A program made the position numbers and the translations under genes. This document shows, one piece after another, positions 17,824 to 26,556 of a stretch of 64,000 nt of DNA (the first letter of the stretch is position 1; each line of letters starts with the position of its first letter). The stretch is taken from positions 62,001 to 126,000 of IMG/VR virus record IMGVR_UViG_3300043411_000942, one strand, 5' to 3'. The notes beneath the pieces are model-generated. The model was not told the origin of the DNA and did no database searches. It was given only the letters and a program-made list of their open reading frames with translations.

Positions 17824-18646
17824 ACCAGGCGAAACCATCAAAGTTGCAGTAGCCAACAACGTCCTTCTAGAGGTTCCCATTTGGGAGGCTCACTTTCGAG
17901 GATCCAATTGGATGGCTGTAATTAACGTAGACGGGTCCAGTCCTGGAGGGCTGAGTCGTAGGTTTATGCCAAGGGGTAAAGGGGATTGCTTCTACTTGAT
18001 TGAGCAACTCCAGCTCTTCGACCCGATCGAATTTGGTGCGGACTACACGACCTCGGTTGGAACTAAGAAACGAGACCGTTGGTACGGTGTGGTCACTGCG
18101 GTCACAGACGGGCACCTAAGCATCGAGAGGGCCTCGACAGGGGTAGCGGCCGTCCTGAGAGCCAAAGAGGCTAGAGAGTCCCCTAGAGATAGAGCAATGG
18201 CCCTTCGTGAGACCCTTCAGGCTCACCTAGACCAGGTGGTTGCCATTGAGAGGGAAATTCACGAGCTTGACCGGACCCCCGTGGAGTCTGAAGTGCCAGC
18301 AGATCTACCTACGGTACCGTTTTCCGTAGAAGACTACCAAGCGCCTGCGGTCCCACCTACAGCTGAGCAGCTAGCCGATTTGTTTAGCGAAGTCGAGCGT
18401 ACAAAAGATTGCGTTGTGAGAGTTTGGGTATCCCCAACGAGTGTTCGAGCCTTGAAGTCACTTCCAGGCTTTACCCTGTGCTCTAGCCTCACCCCTGAGG
18501 TCTTTGGAAGTCTCTGGGGAGCAACGTTTTTAGTATCCCCAAAGATCCCACATGGGAGGGTATACCTTACCCCAGGCAAACTTGAGGATGCCGATCTGGT
18601 ACCAGAGTGGACCCCGGTACCAGAAGAATTGCAATCTTGGGGTTAA
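17804..18646 (+). CDS. fusion of a phage hypothetical N-domain with a capsid-protein-like C-terminal segment
   Basis: N: SPGGLSRRF..IEFGADY..RWYGVV. C: LADLFSEVER..VVRVWVS..GSLWGATFLVSPKIPHGRVY. Confidence 0.55.
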   Translation: MTTKSTKPGETIKVAVANNVLLEVPIWEAHFRGSNWMAVINVDGSSPGGLSRRFMPRGKGDCFYLIEQLQLFDPIEFGADYTTSVGTKKRDRWYGVVTAVTDGHLSIERASTGVAAVLRAKEARESPRDRAMALRETLQAHLDQVVAIEREIHELDRTPVESEVPADLPTVPFSVEDYQAPAVPPTAEQLADLFSEVERTKDCVVRVWVSPTSVRALKSLPGFTLCSSLTPEVFGSLWGATFLVSPKIPHGRVYLTPGKLEDADLVPEWTPVPEELQSWG

Positions 18647-18676
18647 AGATTCCTGACCCTCTCCGTAGGGTAGAGT

Positions 18677-18997
18677 ATGAAAACCACCACGAAGTTTACG
18701 GTTGAGCGCGACGGGCGTGAAGTTACCCTCCTGGTGGAGGCGGATTACTACCCTGGTTCTCCAGGAAGGACCTACGGACCTCCTGAGAACTGCTATCCCC
18801 CTGAGGGGTCGGAACTCGTGATCTCCAAGCTGACTCTGAACGGCCAGGTTTGGGATGACGCCCTCACGGATGAGGAAGAGGACGACATCGTTAACACCAT
18901 GTTGATGGAGGCGGACGCCGCTGAGGAGGAAAGTCCGGAGTACGAGGAATACGAGTACGACGATCCCCCCTGCGAGGACTACTGCGACTACGAGTGA
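18677..18997 (+). CDS. acidic hypothetical protein
   Basis: ATG behind promoter; PPENCYPPEG motif; D/E-rich tail. Confidence 0.75.
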   Translation: MKTTTKFTVERDGREVTLLVEADYYPGSPGRTYGPPENCYPPEGSELVISKLTLNGQVWDDALTDEEEDDIVNTMLMEADAAEEESPEYEEYEYDDPPCEDYCDYE

Positions 18998-19006
18998 GCC
19001 TCAAAC

Positions 19007-19043
19007 AAAAGCCGAGTGTGGGAAGTCCCACACTCGGCTTTTT
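19007..19043. terminator. bidirectional terminator between convergent blocks
   Basis: AAAAGCCGAGTGTGGG-AAGT-CCCACACTCGGCTTTT. Confidence 0.9.
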
Positions 19044-19076
19044 ACGTACTGGAAAGAAGTATGAACCCTAGGAACC

Positions 19077-19267
19077 CTAAATCCAAGTCGCCTCTTTCCT
19101 CCTCAGCCGAGGAGGCTCGTGAGGAGCTTCTGCATAGACTTCACACAAAGCGAAGAAGGGGGAGGTTGCTAGAACAGATCTACACTCTCGCTGGGGAGCT
19201 TCTGCATTTCAAGAAGACAGTCCCCAAGAACGACTCGCACGGATTCAGTGGAGGGTTGGTTGGACAT
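19077..19267 (-). pseudogene. remnant of an N6A/N4C DNA methyltransferase N-terminus
   Basis: MSNQPSTESVRVVLGDCLLEMQKLPSESVDLF* (TAG 19169-19171), continuing in a shifted frame as LATSPFF. Confidence 0.7.
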
Positions 19268-19553
19268 TCGCTGCTCGAAGAGCCTCTAGGATTTTCTCGG
19301 CCTGGTACTTCACGAAGCCAGCTTGAATTACATCCTTCGGGGGGAGGTCTAGTCCTTGGGTAAGTAAACAACTTACCGTCTCCTGGATGTAGGACTCTCG
19401 TATACGTTCTGAATCTACCGCCCACACCCCATCAGGGCTCGTAAAGCCTACCCTTGTGCGCGATGGTAAGGTAGGGTGGACTTTGGATGCACCATGAATT
19501 CGGCATTGCTCTGTAAGCTTAGTGAGGAATTCCTCGAAGGTGTAAGTGCTCAC
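19245..19553 (-). CDS. hypothetical protein
   Basis: 102 aa ORF in - block. Confidence 0.55.
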   Translation of the reverse strand: MSTYTFEEFLTKLTEQCRIHGASKVHPTLPSRTRVGFTSPDGVWAVDSERIRESYIQETVSCLLTQGLDLPPKDVIQAGFVKYQAEKILEALRAANVQPTLH

Positions 19554-19897
19554 TTGACCAGCCTTGTATTGGCTACAACCATAGCCTCTTTGTGCGTTAG
19601 ACCTTCAAGATAGCCAGGACTAGCCCCCACAACCAAGAAGTTACCGTACATTGCTCTCCCGCTAGGTACGAAGCGATTGAACGGTAGGCGCTGAATGTCT
19701 CTGTTTGAAAGGACACTGAACACCCCCTCTCGAATAAGCTCTAAGTTTGCACCACCAAGGAGGAAGTGAGCTTCCTGGAAGAGACGACCGTCACGTCGAC
19801 CTAAGTCAACGATTTTAGGCTTATCGCCAACTCGGTATAGTACGGCCTTAGACTTGGGACTAGGAGTTGAGTTTAGGTTCGGGTTGGTTTTATGCAA
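19550..19897 (-). CDS. DUF3846-like hypothetical protein
   Basis: LLGGANLELI...LPFNR...GNFLVVG pattern. Confidence 0.5.
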   Translation of the reverse strand: MHKTNPNLNSTPSPKSKAVLYRVGDKPKIVDLGRRDGRLFQEAHFLLGGANLELIREGVFSVLSNRDIQRLPFNRFVPSGRAMYGNFLVVGASPGYLEGLTHKEAMVVANTRLVK

Positions 19898-19906
19898 GTC
19901 AATGCC

Positions 19907-20131
19907 TCAGTCTCGATCTGGTAGCTTACCGGTCACTGCCAACAACACCCAGGTTGCGAACATGAGAGCAAGATACATGGCCGGAGGAATGAAAACTACG
20001 TACCCTCTTACCATAGGGATAACGCCTACGACAAGGAGAGCTACTAGGAGAAAGTTGGTAAAGTACGCAACAAAGAAGGTTGAGATGACCCACTTAACAA
20101 GCGCATCAGATTCAGCCTTGCTTTGACTCAT
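19907..20131 (-). CDS. small membrane protein
   Basis: two to three hydrophobic segments. Confidence 0.6.
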   Translation of the reverse strand: MSQSKAESDALVKWVISTFFVAYFTNFLLVALLVVGVIPMVRGYVVFIPPAMYLALMFATWVLLAVTGKLPDRD

Positions 20132-20586
20132 GGGTAACGGTTACCTGTCCAGGTATTTGTTGTAAGATCCCACTCCATCGGGGTGTCGATAATGACCTCT
20201 GGGTCCTTCCGCCAGGTAGAGAGCCGAAAGGTTCCTCTGGGGCCTATAATCTGCCTAGTCTTTTGACTATCTCCTGTATCTAGGTTGAAGAGACCAACCC
20301 AAACCCGTTGAGCTACTGGTAAAAACCCTTCTCGTGGGGCAAGCTGTTTGGCTTCCCATTCGAGTAGCTTCTCTATGGTCACGTCAGCAAACCCTGGTAG
20401 TTCTTGGATGTTGCGGTACCGACACTCGAAAAGCTTTGGGCGGAGCTTTAGCGCGTCAATAACCGCCTGCTTGCACTGAGGGCACCAGGTGCTGTCATTC
20501 AATGGAGCGTCACAACCATGCCCACTTCCTTGGTAGCTGTATCGAGTGCCGCAATGAGAGCAGCGCTTGAGCCGATGAGTTGTCAT
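20128..20586 (-). CDS. N-terminal Zn-finger hypothetical protein
   Basis: CSHCG..Y.YQ.SG.GC..WCPQC; GGTGTA-N9-ATG start. Confidence 0.7.
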   Translation of the reverse strand: MTTHRLKRCSHCGTRYSYQGSGHGCDAPLNDSTWCPQCKQAVIDALKLRPKLFECRYRNIQELPGFADVTIEKLLEWEAKQLAPREGFLPVAQRVWVGLFNLDTGDSQKTRQIIGPRGTFRLSTWRKDPEVIIDTPMEWDLTTNTWTGNRYP

Positions 20587-20594
20587 ACACTCCG

Positions 20595-20771
20595 TTACAC
20601 CAACTTTGACTCAAGCTCCACTGGAGTTGGCTGAAAATTAGGTTGAGATGCCGTAAGCACCCAATTCAAGTAGGCGTCATACCCGATCGTACCAAAGGAC
20701 TTCCACGCAAGAGCTTCACGGGAAGGCTTCTCATTCAGGTTCGGCTTCGGGCAGTCGGGTCGAGTAATCAT
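20595..20771 (-). CDS. hypothetical protein
   Basis: ATG 20771 behind promoter 20779-20807. Confidence 0.6.
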   Translation of the reverse strand: MITRPDCPKPNLNEKPSREALAWKSFGTIGYDAYLNWVLTASQPNFQPTPVELESKLV

Positions 20772-20814
20772 ACCAGTAACTACGAACATTGGACTCAGCT
20801 ACTTAACTACTTTA

Positions 20815-21235
20815 TAGGTAATCTACTTAGCACATGCAGAATAGGTGCGGTTCGACACGCCTAGCCACTTTTGCAGTCTAATGTAGAGCTTCACCAAAGG
20901 GGTTGCCCCCCAACGCACGGGTCTAAAGTAGGAGCCGTAGTAAAATTCGTCTAACATCCGGGACTACTTACGCTAACTCCGCTTGGTAGTCAAATGCTAG
21001 CATGCAGAAAGGCCTACCCGTTTTTAGGTAGGCCTTCTTCCAGGCAGGTGAAGAGACTTGTGGTCTCTTCCGAGGAGCCTAACTCTTGATCAGAAAGCTA
21101 GGGTTCCTCTGCAAGCGGACTCCCTCCGCACGATTATATTCATTGAGGTCTCTTTCATCGCTACAAGGTTAACCTCAGGTAGGACCGAGTCCATACTCTA
21201 GAGGTGCTCTGGTTAAGGTGGCCAACCTCTCCAGT
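20815..21235 (-). ncRNA. candidate ~420-nt structured ncRNA with its own class-1 promoter
   Basis: No ORF over ~25 aa on the - strand; bracketed by promoters 21243-21271 and 20779-20807; hairpins 21009-21036, 21050-21070, GGGG-GCAA-CCCC at 20899-20910. Confidence 0.5.
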
Positions 21236-21242
21236 CATGTTA

Positions 21243-21271
21243 CTTACGTTCGTCTCGTCCTACGCTTTAAC
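21243..21271 (-). promoter_or_regulatory. class-1 promoter upstream of the non-coding structured region
   Basis: GTTAAA-N17-CGTAAG. Other - copies: 20779, 21843, 22871, 24048, 26502, 27663, 29100, 29930, 31173, 32617, 35123, 36455, 37531, 44186, 44844, 60480, 62757, 63090. Confidence 0.8.
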
Positions 21272-21638
21272 CAAGATCTTCGATTTTATCACCTGCGGTT
21301 AGCGTCTCGATCGTGTCTAGGATCCAACGTAGATCTCTACTGGGGGAGTTTAGCTCGATGTCAGACCTATCTTCAAGGTTTGAGCCAGACAGTCGAGCAG
21401 TCTCAGAAAGGAAGCAAAGGTCGAACGACCAACTTTTGGTTGACCATTCTGCTTGAACTCCACCCTCTGGCGTTGGGTAGATGTAAACTCTGGCCTCTAG
21501 GATATCTTCCACACGGGGGAGATACTCTCGTGCTGTCTCTACAGCTGCCCTCGAAGGTGCGAACCCCCAGCCATCTAGCCACCCATCTTTGAGCTTGAGC
21601 AACTCAGTTAGCTGAGCGTTGATCGTTTCCAGGCTCAT
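21267..21638 (-). CDS. hypothetical protein
   Basis: LKDGWLDG.G.AP...YIYPTPEGGVQAEW, a motif recalled from phage proteins. Confidence 0.7.
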   Translation of the reverse strand: MSLETINAQLTELLKLKDGWLDGWGFAPSRAAVETAREYLPRVEDILEARVYIYPTPEGGVQAEWSTKSWSFDLCFLSETARLSGSNLEDRSDIELNSPSRDLRWILDTIETLTAGDKIEDLG

Positions 21639-21835
21639 GACTTACCAAGCTTTGCTAAAGCCAAGGAGTAACCTTCATGTCGTTGACGTTCCAACTCCAA
21701 CTGAGACGCAACGTCCCAACCTTCGAGAAGGGCTGACTCAAGTCGAACGATAGCCTCATCCGTGCTCGCGAGAAGCCTGGAGAGCCTTTCCACTGGGGAG
21801 CCGCGTTGAATCAACCTTGAAGTTACAGTGACCAT
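21635..21835 (-). CDS. hypothetical protein
   Basis: ATG behind promoter 21843-21871. Confidence 0.65.
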   Translation of the reverse strand: MVTVTSRLIQRGSPVERLSRLLASTDEAIVRLESALLEGWDVASQLELERQRHEGYSLALAKLGKS

Positions 21836-21843
21836 ACAATCCC

Positions 21844-22104
21844 CTACGGGTTCGAGGTGATCTTGCTTAACTTTTCTTTCAGCTCTTGAGCAGAAATGTC
21901 GAGTTCGATCAAGCTGCTAAAGAGTGCGAGAACTTCGAGTGTCTTAGAGTGACTCAAAGTAACCTCGTCGAAGGCTGTCTTTGTCGTAACCGCTAGGTGC
22001 TTCCACCTCTCGGTCTCGGATCGCCAGTAGCTAACTTGGGCGCTTTTGTACATGTAGGTCAGCCCGATAGTTACAAGCAAACCAGCGAAAATCAAAACTA
22101 CCAC
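21844..22104 (-). CDS. N-terminal TM protein
   Basis: hydrophobic N-terminus. Confidence 0.55.
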   Translation of the reverse strand: MVVLIFAGLLVTIGLTYMYKSAQVSYWRSETERWKHLAVTTKTAFDEVTLSHSKTLEVLALFSSLIELDISAQELKEKLSKITSNP

Positions 22105-22223
22105 TTAGGCTTCTCCTCTAGACTCAGGTATGTACCGTGAAGTTCACCGAGTAAAGACACGTCTGCCGGATCCCGACTTGATGATCGACTTGGGCGATGG
22201 TGACGCGTGTTGCCATCCAGCAG

Positions 22224-22571
22224 CTAAGGCAACAGACTACGATCTGCATCGGAACTAACCTCTGGACTCAAGTATACCTCTGCCGGGTCCTCTAGAATCA
22301 GACTCAGTCTGGACCTACCTCGAATTTGAATAGGCGGGTTAGGTCCTGGACGAGTCCAATCTAGGGTCTGAGTCGCCATTGTAGCTTCGAGGTGGTCAAG
22401 GTCCCACCCAGCAGCTAAGGCCACAACAACGCCGACCCGAATCGCAGACAACTTCAGAGTATCACCTTCGCGGGGGTACCAGCTAACTACTGGACCCCTC
22501 GCATACTCTGGGAAGGCTGCGAGTACAGCGTTAAAAACTTCAGGGGGCAACTTCATTACTGGCGGGCTCAA
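22224..22571 (-). CDS. hypothetical protein
   Basis: ORF in - block. Confidence 0.5.
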   Translation of the reverse strand: MSPPVMKLPPEVFNAVLAAFPEYARGPVVSWYPREGDTLKLSAIRVGVVVALAAGWDLDHLEATMATQTLDWTRPGPNPPIQIRGRSRLSLILEDPAEVYLSPEVSSDADRSLLP

Positions 22572-22863
22572 CTTCCTCGATGTCGTTGATATCTGCCATA
22601 CACCAGTAGCGACCTCGACCTACCCAAACAATTTGAGGGTTTTGTGCGGGGACCGTTTGACCGTGGAGGGGGTAAGCATCACTGCCAGGCATAAGATGAT
22701 GCACGCGCACCTTACGTCGCTTGGTGTTGATCACGGGGTCACCGTAACCCCCTCGACCCATGTCCACAATCAAGATGTCAGCCTTAAGGGTCACAACATC
22801 CCCCTTCTTAAGGGGGAGCTTACGCTCGTCATGGTAGCCAAGGTACTTTTTGGTGGTGCTCAT
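22540..22863 (-). CDS. hypothetical SH3-like protein
   Basis: ATG behind promoter 22871-22899. Confidence 0.7.
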   Translation of the reverse strand: MSTTKKYLGYHDERKLPLKKGDVVTLKADILIVDMGRGGYGDPVINTKRRKVRVHHLMPGSDAYPLHGQTVPAQNPQIVWVGRGRYWCMADINDIEEVEPASNEVAP

Positions 22864-22924
22864 AGAGTGTAGTACGAGATGGAGGGCTAGGCCCTTAACC
22901 TAGATCGACGGAGACAGGAAGGGC

Positions 22925-22953
22925 TTGATTTTTTCAGACAGGTGCTGTAAGCT
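22925..22953 (+). promoter_or_regulatory. sigma70-like promoter TTGATT-N17-TAAGCT
   Basis: upstream of the lone + strand gene 22986. Confidence 0.45.
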
Positions 22954-22985
22954 AACCCTTAGAAACTCTAACTGAAAAGGTATTT

Positions 22986-23738
22986 GTGTACTCAGAAGAC
23001 GCGTATATTTCCGTGGGTCGACCTGGAGCTGGATCTTGCGTAGTGCGGGCTAAAACGTGGCCTGGAGACGAGAAGCTAATAGAGAGGTTCTCCCGGAACT
23101 ATCCACCAGGCACTATTATCGCGCACAAAGGTTTGCGATGGGTGATTCGGTCAGGGGGAGCACTGGAGGCGGTGGCAGCGACCCCAGCCCTACCAACGAC
23201 CGTGACTCCGAGCTACGTACCTCCAAGCCCCCAAGTAACTGGACCTGGACCTGGACCTCAAGTGCAGCAGCTACCCGTCCAAGTTGAAGTTGACGAAGAG
23301 TTCTTGCTTGAACGCACGAAGCTCCACAGACCTTACGCTCCAGTAGATGTAAAGCCTCCAGTTTTCAGTGAGTACCCTACGCTAGAGGGTCTGGTGCGCC
23401 CAGATACTCACTACCCTCAATACCTCAAGGGTAGTGAGTTAGTGCAGCTAACTCAAAGCGAAGCGCTGGCTCGAATCAAAGAGCTTGAAGCTAAGGTTAG
23501 CCTACTTGAGGCGTATATCCAGAGGTTGGACCCTAATACGAGCGTTGAGACTCCGCCCGTAGCAGATGTTGTAAGCGCTCAACCTACAACCATCAACCCT
23601 GGTGAGGTGTGGGTTTCCAAGGACCCTAGAAGGTCGACTCCATTTACCGTGCAGTCTGTAGATGAAGATAACTTCTACACGACCGCTGGCCGATCAATCA
23701 ACCTTAGCCGCCTCCACTGCTACCGTAGGGTCAGCTAA
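22986..23738 (+). CDS. multi-domain protein with C-terminal SH3-like GEVWxSKDxRR domain
   Basis: C-terminal domain also present in 33731-34372. Confidence 0.65.
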   Translation: MYSEDAYISVGRPGAGSCVVRAKTWPGDEKLIERFSRNYPPGTIIAHKGLRWVIRSGGALEAVAATPALPTTVTPSYVPPSPQVTGPGPGPQVQQLPVQVEVDEEFLLERTKLHRPYAPVDVKPPVFSEYPTLEGLVRPDTHYPQYLKGSELVQLTQSEALARIKELEAKVSLLEAYIQRLDPNTSVETPPVADVVSAQPTTINPGEVWVSKDPRRSTPFTVQSVDEDNFYTTAGRSINLSRLHCYRRVS

Positions 23739-24041
23739 GTCTACCCACTCATAGTGGTTCTGAGGGATCAGAGTAGCGTCAAGCTTGCTAAGGTAGGACT
23801 TGACGCTACTGATTTCTTGAGCACTTAGATGGCCATACCACCCAGGACTTCCGAGGTAGACCCAGTCATCCAGGTTAATCTGTTTTGAACCGTACGTACC
23901 GTAAGGTAGTGGGACGTAGTTGTCGTGCGCTCTCTCCAGGTCCGATGGGTTTTGATCTGGTCGCATCCCATAGGGGATCCCCCAGAGCACGAGATCCTTA
24001 CCTCGATAGAGCACTCGAATAGAAGCTAGCTTCTGGTCCAT
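23694..24041 (-). CDS. hypothetical protein
   Basis: ATG behind promoter 24048-24075. Confidence 0.65.
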   Translation of the reverse strand: MDQKLASIRVLYRGKDLVLWGIPYGMRPDQNPSDLERAHDNYVPLPYGTYGSKQINLDDWVYLGSPGWYGHLSAQEISSVKSYLSKLDATLIPQNHYEWVDLADPTVAVEAAKVD

Positions 24042-24070
24042 GCCTACCCTACGTAATGCAAACGCCAGCG

Positions 24071-24280
24071 TTAACTTGTTTTTGTGTACACCCTAGGCTT
24101 GTACACCCAGTACTCGTTCGACACGTAACCTACAATCGCAGTACCTGTAGCTATCTTATCGTAGGCGATTAGCCAGTCTTTGATCTTCCTCTCAGCTAGC
24201 ACCATGGACAACTCAGACAAGCTCTCGGCTTGGAGCGTAACATCTCCCTGTAGGCCTCCACGGTAGTCGGCGAACACCAT
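24071..24280 (-). CDS. hypothetical protein
   Basis: TGATG coupling at 24280. Confidence 0.5.
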   Translation of the reverse strand: MVFADYRGGLQGDVTLQAESLSELSMVLAERKIKDWLIAYDKIATGTAIVGYVSNEYWVYKPRVYTKTS

Positions 24281-24510
24281 CACCGCTCTTCCCGTATTTC
24301 CGACTTGGCGGCTCTCCTGGCGGCCTTCCGTGGTTTCCGCCTCACCCGAGCCCGCTCCGATGCTGACGTGATGAACACACACCCGCCTCGGTCCGCGATG
24401 CGCTCGGGCTTGGACATGTCCGTGTTTGGTTTTGTACCGTAAGCCTTCATGCGGTTCGGCTTTGAGCGTTTACGCTTTACTGGCTCATGCTTTTTCTTGG
24501 TGTCACTCAC
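24280..24510 (-). CDS. small highly basic protein
   Basis: K/R-rich, coupled on both sides. Confidence 0.6.
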   Translation of the reverse strand: MSDTKKKHEPVKRKRSKPNRMKAYGTKPNTDMSKPERIADRGGCVFITSASERARVRRKPRKAARRAAKSEIREER

Positions 24511-25022
24511 GTCCTCACCTCAACCCCCATAGGAGAGTCTGCTAGGCTAGAATTCGTGTACCGAGCATCAAGAGTCACCTCTTCTCCGAGCCACCCTGGA
24601 AACGAGAACGCTTCATACTCACTAGTCAGCTCAATTTCAGCCATAACTAGTCCCGCGTTCGCTCCATGGAACTCGTCAATCTCCCAAATGTGACCCTCTG
24701 GTCGGTGGGGTTGGTGGTGGTAGCGGTACCGAGTCTTAGATACGATCGACCGGGTACAACGAGCTAACAACTCCTTTGCATCCCGTATTGGAATCTCGTA
24801 CTCGAACTCAGCACGCTTGAGCTTTCCTGCTCCCTTGATCGTAAGGTACCCAGTGCCGCCCCACTTACTCCCAACGGTTCGTATTCGCAGAAGGTGACGG
24901 TTATCTTCTAGAAGATAACCCTGCTCGTAGAGCTTTCCAGCCTCTGCAAATGCTCTCCAGGTGTCGTTCACAACGAGGAACTTGCGTTCAATCTCAATTC
25001 CCACGCCCACCTCCAATGTCAA
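24507..25022 (-). CDS. CYTH-domain triphosphatase (adenylate cyclase-like)
   Basis: EIERKFLV, QGYL, LRIR, LTIKG, KTRY, WEIDEF, AEIEL. Confidence 0.92.
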   Translation of the reverse strand: MTLEVGVGIEIERKFLVVNDTWRAFAEAGKLYEQGYLLEDNRHLLRIRTVGSKWGGTGYLTIKGAGKLKRAEFEYEIPIRDAKELLARCTRSIVSKTRYRYHHQPHRPEGHIWEIDEFHGANAGLVMAEIELTSEYEAFSFPGWLGEEVTLDARYTNSSLADSPMGVEVRT

Positions 25023-25281
25023 ACGTCAAAGTGTTACCGTCAACCTTCGTGATGAGGGAGGCTTTACCTCCAAACAGGAGGTAAGACTCAACCAGAGTGG
25101 GGTCTGTAACCCCATAGGCCACGGACTGAGCAGCCTCGTAGAGATCGTGGTCTGGAAACCTAAGCCCTAGTTGCACCTCAGCTACGAACTTCATTGCCGC
25201 AGCAACCAGGAACTGCTCAATCACACCAGCGTTCTCTAGTTCTCTAACTTGTCGCATTTTCCTCTTTGGAGTCAAGCTCAA
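24994..25281 (-). CDS. hypothetical protein
   Basis: 95 aa ORF. Confidence 0.45.
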   Translation of the reverse strand: MSLTPKRKMRQVRELENAGVIEQFLVAAAMKFVAEVQLGLRFPDHDLYEAAQSVAYGVTDPTLVESYLLFGGKASLITKVDGNTLTFDIGGGRGN

Positions 25282-25786
25282 TGTCCGCCTTCAACAGCTC
25301 AACGAATCTTGGCCACACTCGCTCACAGAAGTGAGTGCATCCAACGTGGTCGTGAGTACTGATCTCCTCATACCAACTGGGACGGTAGCTTGGCAAGGCT
25401 GTCTCACCATTTCTCCAGTCACTAATACCAAGCTCCGTAGAAAAGTCAGCTGCTTCTAGCAACCTCGTCTCTTTTTCGTACTCTGCTGTACCCTTCGGCC
25501 AGATACCCGAGATGAGCGTAGTCATGTTACGCTTCGTCTCCCGCTCGTCAATTCGGTCTGGCACTCCAGTAGGCTTCAGCTTCCCGTAGAGGTAAGTACT
25601 ATCGCACTGAGTAAGGAACTCTCGGAACTCACAGCCTGGTTGGCTCCAGACGTAGACGTAGCTGCCATTATCTGACATGGCAGAGAAGAAGCCAATCGAC
25701 GTGTCGATAACAATGATAGCCCAACCGCTTCGAGCGTCTCTCGGCAAGAAGAACCGTTTCAGATTGGGTTTTGCTAGGTCAGCCAT
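25244..25786 (-). CDS. hypothetical protein, paralog of 53770-54291
   Basis: GWAIIVID..GFFSAMSDNGSYVYVW. Confidence 0.7.
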   Translation of the reverse strand: MADLAKPNLKRFFLPRDARSGWAIIVIDTSIGFFSAMSDNGSYVYVWSQPGCEFREFLTQCDSTYLYGKLKPTGVPDRIDERETKRNMTTLISGIWPKGTAEYEKETRLLEAADFSTELGISDWRNGETALPSYRPSWYEEISTHDHVGCTHFCERVWPRFVELLKADIELDSKEENATS

Positions 25787-26076
25787 TAGCGCCTGCCTAC
25801 CTCGGGGTAAGTGTGTTCCGTTTCAGTAAGCAATGAGGTGAAGCTCATGTACTTAGCCTCTGGTCCAAGAATCCTTAGTAGTACCATGAACGCAGGTTGA
25901 CATATCTTTAAGCAGGCGGGGCAAATCCACTTGATATTCAACCCATCGTAGGCAACGAAGATAGACGTAAACCCAGCTGCCTCGGCCTCTACGGTAGGGT
26001 AACTGCTACCACTAAGAGATGTGAAAGACTTCCCACAATGACAAGAGTGGGTCACCATTTTTTCGGAGTGATTCAT
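25786..26076 (-). CDS. Zn-finger hypothetical protein
   Basis: CHCG...WICPAC. Confidence 0.6.
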   Translation of the reverse strand: MNHSEKMVTHSCHCGKSFTSLSGSSYPTVEAEAAGFTSIFVAYDGLNIKWICPACLKICQPAFMVLLRILGPEAKYMSFTSLLTETEHTYPEVGRR

Positions 26077-26247
26077 GTTTTCGCCAGTATCCGATCCGGT
26101 CCTGTAACGTTCAACGCTGTGAGCTGCTGAAGGGCTGAGCTGTAGCTCAGTTCATTCGACTTCCACTGTCGGAGCACCTCCCGTACTGCATCGTTAGCCC
26201 AGCGCATCAGGGTAGCTCTTCTGAGCTTCACGGTAACCTCGTAAGGC

Positions 26248-26280
26248 TAGGCCCTACTATCTCGGATAGTAGGGCCTAGT
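26248..26280 (-). terminator. terminator-like hairpin
   Basis: CTAGGCCCTACTATC-TCG-GATAGTAGGGCCTAG perfect 15 bp stem. Confidence 0.75.
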
Positions 26281-26286
26281 TCTGTT

Positions 26287-26481
26287 TCAGAGTTTGGCGA
26301 TTCCGTCTCGAATGGCCTTCTGAGTGGCGGCATTCCAGCGGTAGGACTTGGCGTCCATTTGAAGGTTCATGAACGCATCGCTCTTGCTCATCCCATCGAG
26401 GGAGCCGAGAAAATTCTGGACCGCGATGGTCTTGACGTCTTTGCGGGTAGAGAGCTTCTGGATGATTTCTGCGGTAAGCAT
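26287..26481 (-). CDS. small helical phage protein
   Basis: IAVQNFL..NLQMDAKSYRWN..T.KAIRDGI; promoter 26502-26530 and AAGGAG SD. Confidence 0.75.
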   Translation of the reverse strand: MLTAEIIQKLSTRKDVKTIAVQNFLGSLDGMSKSDAFMNLQMDAKSYRWNAATQKAIRDGIAKL

Positions 26482-26556
26482 TGTGTGTCTCCTTGCCTGA
26501 TACTACGAAGTGAGACCAGAAAGCTTTAACCGACTTCTACGATTTTCTTCTTCGGC

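Noticed and set aside
277-18669. Recurrent TTAA...TACGTAGG sequences as a CRISPR array
   Set aside because: Copies are degenerate, hundreds of bp apart, separated by whole genes and oriented with them; no cas genes.
20841-20860. tRNA at GCGGTTCGACACGC
   Set aside because: T-loop-like sequence only; no cloverleaf on either strand.
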